64,000 nt of DNA from an uncultured Oscillospiraceae bacterium (GTDB taxonomy: Bacteria; Bacillota; Clostridia; Oscillospirales; Ruminococcaceae), in NCBI GenBank assembly GCA_964370605.1, contig CAYJJX010000009.1, forward strand, positions 2,558-66,557, in the 5' to 3' direction. Below, piece by piece: positions 39,911 through 48,673 of this stretch. The notes below the pieces were generated by a model, which saw nothing but the letters and a program-made list of their open reading frames with translations, made no database searches and was not told where the DNA came from. Both the position numbers and the translations under genes were made by a program. Each line of letters opens with the position of its first letter. Position 1 is the stretch's first letter.

Positions 39911-41230
39911 ATGGAGAAATATTTCAGGCTCAAGGAAAATGGCACCACAATTAAACGTGAAATATTGGCAGGCTTAACCACTTTTATGACCATGGCATAT
40001 GTTATCGCATTAGCCCCCGACATGCTGTCACAGGCAGGAATGGAGTCGTCGGCAGTTTTTACCGCCACCTGTCTCGCGACCATTATCGGAACTCTCATCA
40101 TGGCGCTTTGGGCGAAATTGCCTTTTGCACTCGCACCCGGTGTCGGGCCGCTTGCATTTTTCACCTTTACGGTTTGCCTTGGAATGGGCAAGAGCTGGCA
40201 GTTCGCACTGACCGCAGTCTTGATCGAAGGCATCCTCTTTTTGGTCATGTCTTTCTTCAACATTCGTGAGACCATCGTCAATCTGATGCCGAAATCACTC
40301 AAAAACGCAATCTCGGTCGGTGTTGGACTCTTCATCGCACTCATTGGATTCAAAAACGGCGGTGTCATTTTATATAACGAGGGCACAGGAGCACTTGGCA
40401 TTGCTTCCTTTAACCTCGCCGAACCGAATACACTCGGTGCACTGGTAACCATCTTTGGTATCGCACTTATTGGAATTTTGCTTGTTATGAAGGTTCAAAG
40501 CGCACTGCTGATCGGAATCGCCTCCTCCACAGTCCTTGCGATGATCCTTGGTGTTACAACACTACCTACCGGAGTCGTCAGTCTCCCGCCCTCCATCGCA
40601 CCTGTCCTATTTCAATTCGAGTGGAACAATATCTTTTCCTTTGAGATGCTGATCGTCGTCTTCACCTTTCTGTTTACCGACGTTTTCGACACTATCGGAA
40701 CACTGCTCGGCGTAACCACAAAGGCAAAGATGATTGACAAGGACGGAAATGTTCCGCGCGTAAAACAGGCCCTATCCTCCGATGCTATCGCAACCGTTGC
40801 CGGCTCAATGCTCGGCACACCCACTGTCACAACCTATGTCGAATCCGCTTCAGGAGTTGCGGCAGGTGGCAGAACCGGTCTCACATCCTTGACAACGGCC
40901 GGATGTTTCATTCTTACACTTTTCTTCTCGCCACTCGTGCTTGTCGTTCCGAGTGCCGCCACAGCCCCCGCCCTCGTGTTGGTAGGCGTCTTTATGATGG
41001 CACCGATCACCGAAATTGACTTCACAAAATACTCGATAGCAATTCCTGCATTCTTCGCCGTGACCATGATGGCGTTCACCTTTGACATTTCCACCGGTAT
41101 CGGCTACGGTATCATCAGCTACACGCTGCTTAACCTATTCGGCGACAGGGAAGAACGAAAAACTGTCAACCCGATGCTCATCATAGTGTCAATCCTATTC
41201 ATCGTCAAGTTTGTGGTAAATTCACTTTAG
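39911..41230 (+). CDS. NCS2-family purine (adenine/guanine/hypoxanthine) permease, AzgA/PbuG-like
   Basis: 439 aa with MEKYFRLKENGTTIKREILAGLTTFMTMAYV and about 13 hydrophobic spans. Confidence 0.88.
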   Translation: MEKYFRLKENGTTIKREILAGLTTFMTMAYVIALAPDMLSQAGMESSAVFTATCLATIIGTLIMALWAKLPFALAPGVGPLAFFTFTVCLGMGKSWQFALTAVLIEGILFLVMSFFNIRETIVNLMPKSLKNAISVGVGLFIALIGFKNGGVILYNEGTGALGIASFNLAEPNTLGALVTIFGIALIGILLVMKVQSALLIGIASSTVLAMILGVTTLPTGVVSLPPSIAPVLFQFEWNNIFSFEMLIVVFTFLFTDVFDTIGTLLGVTTKAKMIDKDGNVPRVKQALSSDAIATVAGSMLGTPTVTTYVESASGVAAGGRTGLTSLTTAGCFILTLFFSPLVLVVPSAATAPALVLVGVFMMAPITEIDFTKYSIAIPAFFAVTMMAFTFDISTGIGYGIISYTLLNLFGDREERKTVNPMLIIVSILFIVKFVVNSL

Positions 41231-42579
41231 TGATGTAGTTTAATATAACGAATTAATTCATGCTTTTCATTCGGCAGGGTCTCGTTTAGTACTTTTTCCA
41301 GTAGTACCGACAAGGCTCTGCCTATCTCTTTGCCCTGCGGTATGCCAAGCGACTTAAGATCGTTGCCGTCGATTGCCAGATCCTTGATTGAAAGACAAGC
41401 GTTCTGCTCAACAATCTCTTTTGCCATCAGACCGATTGCATGAAAACGATCGATCCTGTCGGTGACATCATAGGCACAAAGGGCTCGATTATCGGCAATT
41501 TTAACATCAATGAGTTGAAAGAACCTGTCTGTTCCAAGCTTGCTTAGCCATCGCTTCACCGATTTTTGCGTTGTCGCAATGTCGCTCTGATGCCAGCGCA
41601 CCAGTTCGGCGACGGCACTAACCGTCTCGTTTTTATACCTCAGCCGTCTCAGCGCATCGATCGCAATGTCGCTACCGATTTTCTGATGGTTATAAAAGTG
41701 TCCCACCCCCTGCTCGTCTGTCGTAAAACACTGTGGCTTTGCAAGGTCATGAAAAAGTAGCGTCAGACGCACTTCAAGCTGTTTCGGCGCAGTTCCGATT
41801 GACCTTGCGGTATGCTCATACACATCATATCGGTGATGGGGGCTGTGTTGCAAAAAACCTATTGATGCCGATATTTCGGGAATAAACACCTCCAACACCG
41901 AACTGTAACGGAGTAAAATGTCTACCACTCCATCTCCGACGAGCAATTTTGACAGCTCATCACGAAGTCGCTCGCTCGATACGTCGAGGAGTAGGGCTCT
42001 GCTATCGAATATTGCTTTTTCAGTCTGCTCTTCAATAGAAAAACCGAGCGCCGATGCGAATCGAAGTGCACGCATGATTCGCAGTGCGTCCTCTTCAAAT
42101 CGCAGATTCGCATCGCCGACGGTGCGAATGACCCTGTTTCGCAGATCTTCCTCGCCACCGAAAAGATCTATTATGCCGACAAGACGGTTGTAAGCCATGG
42201 CATTAATGGTAAAATCACGACGCGCAAGGTCACTGGAAATATCCCGCACAAAACACACTTTATCGGGTCGACGGCGATCGCGGTAGCCCTCTTCCGTTCG
42301 AAAGGTAGTTATCTCATAGTTAGTATTTTCCAAAATCAAGGTAACGGTACCGTGTTTGGCGCCGATATCAAGCATTCGATGGTCCGCAAAACATTTTTTA
42401 ATCTCGACCGGTGTCGCATCGGTGCAAAAGTCAAAGTCGTTCGGAGTCTCTCCACATAAAAGATCACGAACCGAGCCGCCGACAATGTAACCCTCAAAGC
42501 CACATTCCGCCAACCTATTCAAGATATATTCCACCGCTTCCGGCAACAAAAATTTTCTTTTCATAAAAAAATCGTCCAT
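41227..42579 (-). CDS. cca: CCA-adding tRNA nucleotidyltransferase with HD domain
   Basis: 450 aa with GGSVRDLL and DFDFCT polymerase-beta motifs, plus HD (LFHDLAKP). Its stop overlaps the convergent permease stop. Confidence 0.85.
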   Translation of the reverse strand: MDDFFMKRKFLLPEAVEYILNRLAECGFEGYIVGGSVRDLLCGETPNDFDFCTDATPVEIKKCFADHRMLDIGAKHGTVTLILENTNYEITTFRTEEGYRDRRRPDKVCFVRDISSDLARRDFTINAMAYNRLVGIIDLFGGEEDLRNRVIRTVGDANLRFEEDALRIMRALRFASALGFSIEEQTEKAIFDSRALLLDVSSERLRDELSKLLVGDGVVDILLRYSSVLEVFIPEISASIGFLQHSPHHRYDVYEHTARSIGTAPKQLEVRLTLLFHDLAKPQCFTTDEQGVGHFYNHQKIGSDIAIDALRRLRYKNETVSAVAELVRWHQSDIATTQKSVKRWLSKLGTDRFFQLIDVKIADNRALCAYDVTDRIDRFHAIGLMAKEIVEQNACLSIKDLAIDGNDLKSLGIPQGKEIGRALSVLLEKVLNETLPNEKHELIRYIKLHH

Positions 42580-42808
42580 TTTTATAGAATGCCCAATGAG
42601 GTACGTTTCTCTGTAGTGTATGTATATGGCAAGAGGCTAATGGTGAAAGGTGAATGACTATGATTTGCGTACGGCTCAAATTATATACATTATAACATAA
42701 ATCTCCGCATTTGAAAGACATATATTGAAACTCTCTACCCTTGCCTCACGATTGAAACAAACTATGACATTACCTAAAGAGAACGGTTTTTGCAAAACCT
42801 CGTTTCGG

Positions 42809-42837
42809 TTGACATACCACACTATATTGTTTATACT
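42809..42837 (+). promoter_or_regulatory. Promoter for the large membrane protein (TTGACA-17-TATACT)
   Basis: TTGACAtaccacactatattgttTATACT. It lies inside the ORF-track N-terminal extension, which argues for the ATG 42869 start. Confidence 0.55.
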
Positions 42838-42868
42838 AATAGCGATAACCAACCAAAGGATTTTTGTG

Positions 42869-44926
42869 ATGAAAAACCTATCCGATAAGCTGTATGACGG
42901 ATTTATCGGGACGAAGCTTGCTTTCTGCTTTGTCCTTCTTTCTGTCTACCTTGTCGGCCTGCAACTCGCCGGGAGTTCTTTTCTACTCTTTCTCTATTTT
43001 GCCCTTGCCTGTGTTTTGTTAGTGCTCCTCCCCGGCTATTGCATATATCGCCTTTTAAGGCTTGAGTGCATAATCACCGACTTTGCGTTGCCGTTTTCCT
43101 TTCTGCTCGGCGTCGTTGCACTTGTTTTTGTGTTTTTTGTCGACTCCTCTCTCGGACTTCAACGCTTTGGCGTGATATCACTCCTTATTGCGAGCGGATA
43201 TTCTATAAAGCTGATAATATCTGAAAAAAAACATCGATCGGCAAAATTTACGCCACAAAACACATTTTTATTGTCGGTTGTCTGCGCCCTAATGTTTGTC
43301 GTGACCTTTGCTACCGTCATGAAAAACGCTCACCCCTCTGCGGTGGGTCAAAACATGCTTTCACAGGATCTCATGTGGCATGTCGGCAACGCTAACAGCT
43401 TTTTGCTCTCTTTTGTACCATCTGATCTTCGAGTGGTGGGTGTCGATCTTCTCTACCACTTTTTGAACGAGCTATTCTCTGCCTCGCTCTCCTATTTTAC
43501 CGCAATCCCTGTCTTCGATATCATGGCAATGTTCGGTCAAGCCCTTTTCATTCCGATGTTGGTGATTTCACTCTTTTCGCTCGGAAAAATAGTGTATGGT
43601 GAAGTATTTCGTGCAAATATTTTCCTGCTTTCCCCCTTCTTTTTCACCTGCCTCAGCCTTGGTGCGGTACTCTATACCGGCGGAAGTTTATTCACAGTAT
43701 CGCTCATTCAGGCACTGATCACGAACATAAACGCAATGTCGCTCGCCCTTTGTTTCCTCTGTGTTTTTACGGCACTGCTCTTTCGATTGTTCGACCTGCA
43801 AAAAGGTCGAACGATTGCAATTGTGTTGTTGATGCTTTCGTTTTTGGCGGTTATTTTTTCAAAGTCACCGATAGCCGCCATTATCGCACTCGGACTTGTG
43901 GCAACTTCGATCGCTCGACTGATCCAACGAAAACTGAAACCGATCGAACTCCTTTGCACCGCATTGATCGGCGCCCTTTTTCTCTTCCTCTTCATCAACC
44001 TTTTTTCATTTGGTGCAAACTCTTCAACCACATTTAGCCATATCGAAACAATTTCATTTGGAGTGTTTGGCAATCTGCTTGCGGACAACCTAACGCTTGA
44101 TACCGTAACAACGATTCAATCACTAAAAATATTCGCCTTGATGTCGGTTCAGCTTTTTTGCATCTCCCCGTTCACTGTGTCGGTCTTTTCCGTCTCGACA
44201 ATAAAGAGCATCCTCGGATTTAAACGCCTTGACTTCTTTAATCTGTTCTGCTTCGCCGTCGGAATCGGCGGAGTTGTCGCCTTTTTCTTCACCTCACACC
44301 CGTCATCCAGTCAGGTGTATTTCCTCTATATTGCACTGTTTTTCATTCACCTTATCGCCATACGCGACTTCGATTTCAAAAAAAAGAACGCAATAACCGT
44401 CGTCGGCTACTGCATACTCGGAATCAGTCTTATCACTACAGTTTTTCTTTATGTTAATCTGGTTGGCTCCGGTTTCCGACAATTCCTATACCACTATGAT
44501 ATCATCGAAAAATACGACTATGCCAACATTTCAAAATCGGAGGACGAACTTGCCGGAGAGTTTCTAAAGGAAAATATGGAGAAGGATGAGTTGTTTCTCA
44601 CCAACCGTATCGACGACTCATCGCCACAACTGTCCGGTGTCTACACCTGTTTTTCGGGTCGCCAAGCATATCTCGAGGGCTACAAATATACCGTTTCCAA
44701 CATGGGCGGCACAGACGACTTCCCCGATGTCTTTGCAATGCATGCTAATGTCGAGATGATATTCAGCGCCGACACCGACATCGAGACCATCAAAAGCTTT
44801 GCACAACAACATAACATAAAGTATATTGTGTATTCATCACAGGCGGTGGGCGACACAGCGCAATTTGACAATCTGGAAAAGGTGTTTGAAGATGGATCTG
44901 TCACAATTTATGACAGCGGAATATGA
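42869..44926 (+). CDS. Polytopic membrane protein, GT-C-like (putative glycosyltransferase/polymerase), function unknown
   Basis: 685 aa from ATG 42869 (behind AAAGGA). It has more than 12 hydrophobic spans, then a soluble C-terminal domain of about 170 aa. The family assignment rests on architecture only. Confidence 0.5.
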   Translation: MKNLSDKLYDGFIGTKLAFCFVLLSVYLVGLQLAGSSFLLFLYFALACVLLVLLPGYCIYRLLRLECIITDFALPFSFLLGVVALVFVFFVDSSLGLQRFGVISLLIASGYSIKLIISEKKHRSAKFTPQNTFLLSVVCALMFVVTFATVMKNAHPSAVGQNMLSQDLMWHVGNANSFLLSFVPSDLRVVGVDLLYHFLNELFSASLSYFTAIPVFDIMAMFGQALFIPMLVISLFSLGKIVYGEVFRANIFLLSPFFFTCLSLGAVLYTGGSLFTVSLIQALITNINAMSLALCFLCVFTALLFRLFDLQKGRTIAIVLLMLSFLAVIFSKSPIAAIIALGLVATSIARLIQRKLKPIELLCTALIGALFLFLFINLFSFGANSSTTFSHIETISFGVFGNLLADNLTLDTVTTIQSLKIFALMSVQLFCISPFTVSVFSVSTIKSILGFKRLDFFNLFCFAVGIGGVVAFFFTSHPSSSQVYFLYIALFFIHLIAIRDFDFKKKNAITVVGYCILGISLITTVFLYVNLVGSGFRQFLYHYDIIEKYDYANISKSEDELAGEFLKENMEKDELFLTNRIDDSSPQLSGVYTCFSGRQAYLEGYKYTVSNMGGTDDFPDVFAMHANVEMIFSADTDIETIKSFAQQHNIKYIVYSSQAVGDTAQFDNLEKVFEDGSVTIYDSGI

Positions 44927-44938
44927 TAACCGCTTTGA

Positions 44939-45100
44939 TCAAACCGTCATATTGACCGTCTGACCCTCGCCCTTTGTGCCGTTGCTATGGCTGATTTGCT
45001 CCATAATCTTTTTCGGCAAATTGTCTTTTGGCATCCTTTCAGACGGCGGTTTTTTGTCCCCTTTTTTATAGTATTCTTCATCACGAGCACCTGCAAACAT
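44939..45100 (-). CDS. Candidate 53-aa hydrophilic small ORF (hypothetical, weak)
   Basis: Below the ORF-track cut-off. MFAGARDEEYYKKGDKKPPSERMPKDNLPKKIMEQISHSNGTKGEGQTVNMTV. No convincing SD or promoter. Confidence 0.15.
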   Translation of the reverse strand: MFAGARDEEYYKKGDKKPPSERMPKDNLPKKIMEQISHSNGTKGEGQTVNMTV

Positions 45101-45133
45101 TAATGCTTACTAGTAAAATCGGCAGTAGGAATT

Positions 45134-45188
45134 CAAAAATTAGTGCCATAAGCGAAAACAAAGAAATGTTTTTCACTTATGGCACTAA
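45134..45188 (-). terminator. Intrinsic terminator of the 45209-46291 oxidoreductase gene
   Basis: 13-bp stem TTAGTGCCATAAG / CTTATGGCACTAA (extendable), followed by TTTTTG on the minus strand. Confidence 0.75.
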
Positions 45189-45208
45189 ATAAATCAGTTT
45201 TTGTTTTG

Positions 45209-46291
45209 CTATCTCCTTGCAGAAAGATCGGTGGCAAGCATCTGTGCCTTGACACAGAGTTCTGCCGCCTTGAGCGCATGTTCCTGCGTCATGGCGTTTT
45301 CGGTGTTGTTTATACAGTCAAGCACCAATGCTCCAAAGTAGGGGAACCCTACCTTTCCGGCAACATTTTCATAGTGTTCACCCTCTGAGTCTACCCAGAA
45401 CACATGGTCTCCTTCGGTCGAATTCGCTACATTAACATATTTTCTCATCTCGATATAGCCCTCGGTACCGAGGATAAAGGTGCGGCCGTCACCCCAGGTG
45501 CAAAGCCCTTCCGGGGTGTGCCAGTCAACACGGAAGTATCCGGTTGCTCCGTTATCTGCAACCAGCGTACAATCGCCAAAGTCATCCAGTTCGGGATAGT
45601 TTGGGTTGTTGTAGTTCGCTATCTTGGAGTTGACAATATTGGCATCGCTCGCACCGGTGTAGTACAGAAATTGCTCGATCTGGTGACTGCCGATGTCGCA
45701 AAGGATACCGCCGTATTTCTCCCTCTTGAAAAACCAATCGGGACGAGAAGGGGCGTTCAGGCGATGCGGTCCCATGCCAAGCACCTGAATGACACGACCT
45801 ATCGCACCTTTTTCGATGAGTTGTCCTGCATATACTGCCGCCTCTACAAGCAGACGCTCGCTATAACAAACGGCAAACTTTTTGCCTGTTTCGGCAATGA
45901 CATTTTTCACCTCGGCAAGCTGTTCAAGGCTGGTGAGCGGAGCTTTATCGGTGAAGTAGTGCTTACCGCTTCGCATTACTCTGATTCCAAGTGCCGCACG
46001 TTCTGACGGAACACATGCCGCCGCTACAAGCTGAACCTCTTGATCGTTTAGCACCGCTTGTTCACTTGCCGCAACCGCAACCTGCGGAAATTTTTCTTTA
46101 AACGCGGCAACCTTTGCCTCGTCCGGATCAAAGACCCATTTCAAGGTCGCACCCGCCTGAACAAGACCCTGTGTCATACCATAGATGTGACCGTGGTCAA
46201 GTCCAACCGCCGCAATCACGAATTCGCCTTCGTTCACCACTTTATCGACCGCAGCAACCGGAGCGTAGTTCATGCCATCTTTTTGTGCCAT
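45209..46291 (-). CDS. Gfo/Idh/MocA-family oxidoreductase (atypical N-terminal dinucleotide loop)
   Basis: Start trimmed to ATG 46291 (MAQKDGMNY), behind GAAAGGG. The Rossmann start reads FVIAAVGLDHGHIYG. The C-terminal alpha/beta domain is typical of the family. Confidence 0.8.
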   Translation of the reverse strand: MAQKDGMNYAPVAAVDKVVNEGEFVIAAVGLDHGHIYGMTQGLVQAGATLKWVFDPDEAKVAAFKEKFPQVAVAASEQAVLNDQEVQLVAAACVPSERAALGIRVMRSGKHYFTDKAPLTSLEQLAEVKNVIAETGKKFAVCYSERLLVEAAVYAGQLIEKGAIGRVIQVLGMGPHRLNAPSRPDWFFKREKYGGILCDIGSHQIEQFLYYTGASDANIVNSKIANYNNPNYPELDDFGDCTLVADNGATGYFRVDWHTPEGLCTWGDGRTFILGTEGYIEMRKYVNVANSTEGDHVFWVDSEGEHYENVAGKVGFPYFGALVLDCINNTENAMTQEHALKAAELCVKAQMLATDLSARR

Positions 46292-46406
46292 AATATCAAT
46301 CCCTTTCGAGTATAGTGGAGATTCCAAGCCGTGCTTCAAGGTAGCTTTTGAACGCTGTAAAACGCTCGATTAGTCAGCCTTCTCTCCATGTTTATTTTAC
46401 AAATCC

Positions 46407-46435
46407 ATTCTATCAAATATAACTATGTTTGTCAA
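46407..46435 (-). promoter_or_regulatory. Promoter for the 45209-46291 gene (TTGACA-17-TAGAAT)
   Basis: Minus strand reads TTGACAaacatagttatatttgaTAGAAT. Confidence 0.6.
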
Positions 46436-46636
46436 ACTCAACGATGGACAAAAAACAATAATATTTTTTGCAAATATTCATTGTATTTTTCGGTGCGGTA
46501 ATATATAATGATTGTAATTCTGAAAAGGTCAAACTGTACCGATATTTAAAGTTTCGAAAATAGAGCGGAAAACGCTGAAATTTCACCACCATGTGGCGAA
46601 ACCGTAAAAAACATCGTGAAAGGAATGGTCATTATA

Positions 46637-47497
46637 ATGAAAACTTCGGTAAGCATTTATAGCTATAACGCCGAGCTAACCAAAAAGTCAATGACACCGA
46701 TTGACTGCATCCGTCATGCAAAGCAAACCGGTTTCGATGCAATTGAATTTGTGGACATGGTTTTCAAAGAAATTTCCGATCCACTTTCTTACGCCGACGA
46801 ATTGAGACTCGCCTGTGAACAGGAGCAAATCGCAGTATCTAACTATGCCGTAGGCGCAGATCTTCTTTGTGATGATCCCGACACCGTCATGGAAGGTTTG
46901 AAACGCAATGTAGACATCGCCGAACGTCTTGGAAGCAAATTTATGCGCCACGACATCTCATCGGGTGCGGCACTCAAAAAATATGAAGGTTATGCGAGTG
47001 TTGTCGATACACTGGCGAAAAGATGCAATATAGTATCGGAATATGCCAAGACAAAAGGTATTCGTACCATGACGGAAAATCATGGCTATTTTTCACAGGA
47101 TAGCACCCGTGTCGAGATGCTCGTCAATGCCGTAAAGAACGAAAACTTCGGTTTGCTTGTCGACATCGGGAACTTCCTTTGTGCCGGAGAATCCTCAGAA
47201 CAGGCCGTTGGACGAGTTGCACCGTACGCATTTTTCGTGCATGTCAAAGACTTTATTGTCAAGAGCGGAAACGAACTTGCTCCGGGGCGCGGATTTTTTC
47301 CCTCTCGCTCCGGTGACTATCTCAGAGGAACTGTTCTAGGACATGGTGATGTAAAAGTATTGCAATGCTTGCGCGCCCTGCACCGTGTCGGTTATTCGGG
47401 TTATGTCTCACTTGAGTTTGAAGGAATTGAGCCTTGTTGCCAAGCAATCGAAATTTCGCACGAGAATCTAACGAAATACATCCACCTGCTTTCATAG
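46637..47497 (+). CDS. Sugar phosphate isomerase/epimerase (xylose-isomerase-like TIM barrel)
   Basis: Start trimmed to ATG 46637 (MKTSVSIYSY). Motifs FDAIEF, MTENHG and SLEFEG are typical of the AP_endonuc_2 fold. Confidence 0.8.
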   Translation: MKTSVSIYSYNAELTKKSMTPIDCIRHAKQTGFDAIEFVDMVFKEISDPLSYADELRLACEQEQIAVSNYAVGADLLCDDPDTVMEGLKRNVDIAERLGSKFMRHDISSGAALKKYEGYASVVDTLAKRCNIVSEYAKTKGIRTMTENHGYFSQDSTRVEMLVNAVKNENFGLLVDIGNFLCAGESSEQAVGRVAPYAFFVHVKDFIVKSGNELAPGRGFFPSRSGDYLRGTVLGHGDVKVLQCLRALHRVGYSGYVSLEFEGIEPCCQAIEISHENLTKYIHLLS

Positions 47498-47609
47498 CAC
47501 TGCTAAATAATATCAAATGCTTTTTCAAAAAAGCAATATATAGCGCCCATAACCGGTTTAGTCTATATACACTCAATAATATTTTTTTATTTGAAAGGAT
47601 GGATAACCC

Positions 47610-48473
47610 ATGTACAACTTCCCGATCGGCGTTCTTCTCGAATCGTTCAAAACCGACAGCGCCACGGCGCTTCGTCTCGCAAAAGAAGCCGGAGCCAGCG
47701 CGGTTCAAGTTTATGCTGTCAACGGAGAACTTGATGCCAGAACCATGACTGCGGAAAAACGCAGAGAATTCAAAAAGATGGTGGAAGACAACGGGCTTGT
47801 CGTCTCTGCCGTTTGCGGAGACTTCATCTGTGGCAACAGTGAAATCAGTTTCAGCAACCCCGAGCAAGGCGAAATGATAATAGAGCGCTCAAAGCGCATT
47901 CTTGACCTTGCCGTCGACCTCGGAACTAACATCGTCACCACCCATGTCGGGGTAGTGCCAAGTGATCATAGCTGTGAAAAGTTCAAGGTCGTTCAACAGA
48001 CTTGTAGGACCATGGCCGAATACGCCGACAGCATAAACTCTCACTTTGCAATCGAGACCGGCCCCGAAGTGGCAACCACACTTCGCGCTTTTCTTGATAC
48101 ACTGGACTCAAAAGGTGTCGGTGTCAATCTTGATCCCGCAAACCTTGTAATGGTGACCGGCGATGATCCTGTCAAGGCGGTTCACACACTGAAAGACTAC
48201 ATCGTTCACACCCATGCGAAAGATGGACGCAGACTGATCGTTGGAGATCCTCTTGTAATTTACGGTGAGATTGAAGACGAAATCCAAAATGCAGTTTACT
48301 TTGAAGAGCTGCCGCTCGGAAAAGGTGAGGTGGATTTCCCAAACTATCTCAAAGCTTTAGACGAAATCGGTTACAAGGGCTATCTGACCATCGAGCGAGA
48401 GACCGGAGCCGATCCGAAGGCGGATATATTCATGGCGGTAGAATTTTTGAACGGCATTAAGAACACAAAATAG
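47610..48473 (+). CDS. Sugar phosphate isomerase/epimerase (xylose-isomerase-like TIM barrel), second and distinct copy
   Basis: 287 aa with IVTTHVG, AIETGPE, HAKDG and LTIERE motifs. Confidence 0.8.
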   Translation: MYNFPIGVLLESFKTDSATALRLAKEAGASAVQVYAVNGELDARTMTAEKRREFKKMVEDNGLVVSAVCGDFICGNSEISFSNPEQGEMIIERSKRILDLAVDLGTNIVTTHVGVVPSDHSCEKFKVVQQTCRTMAEYADSINSHFAIETGPEVATTLRAFLDTLDSKGVGVNLDPANLVMVTGDDPVKAVHTLKDYIVHTHAKDGRRLIVGDPLVIYGEIEDEIQNAVYFEELPLGKGEVDFPNYLKALDEIGYKGYLTIERETGADPKADIFMAVEFLNGIKNTK

Positions 48474-48673
48474 TCTTTGATCAACAGCTTTACACCTCTT
48501 CACGGCGCGATAACAAAAAGGCAAAGATCACTTTTCAAAAACAAGTTTTACTAATCACATTTTTGTGCCGTTCTATCGAGTAAAAACTCGAGTTCTGTCA
48601 CACAGTCGTGGATGGGAAAGGACAAATTCAAGAGAAGATCAGTTGTAAACAATGAAAGGATTCGGTGCTTATT

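Noticed and set aside
39688-40452. 254-aa minus-strand ORF over the NCS2 permease 5' region. Similar long antisense ORFs occur at 2557-3315, 27134-27835, 15213-15788, 31534-32106 and 45404-46006.
   Set aside because: All are antisense to genes with strong family signatures and have low-complexity or Ser/Pro/Arg-rich translations. None has an SD. I treated them as shadow ORFs.
42725-42868. ORF-track N-terminal extensions. Examples: 42725-42868 for the membrane protein, 59883-60104 for the oxidoreductase, 26893-27090 for rpsF, 39501-39605 for ruvC and 51303-51407 for the methyltransferase.
   Set aside because: The extensions cover AT-rich DNA that contains consensus promoters or leader hairpins, and they lack an SD. 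In each case an internal ATG or GTG with an SD reproduces the family-typical N-terminus.
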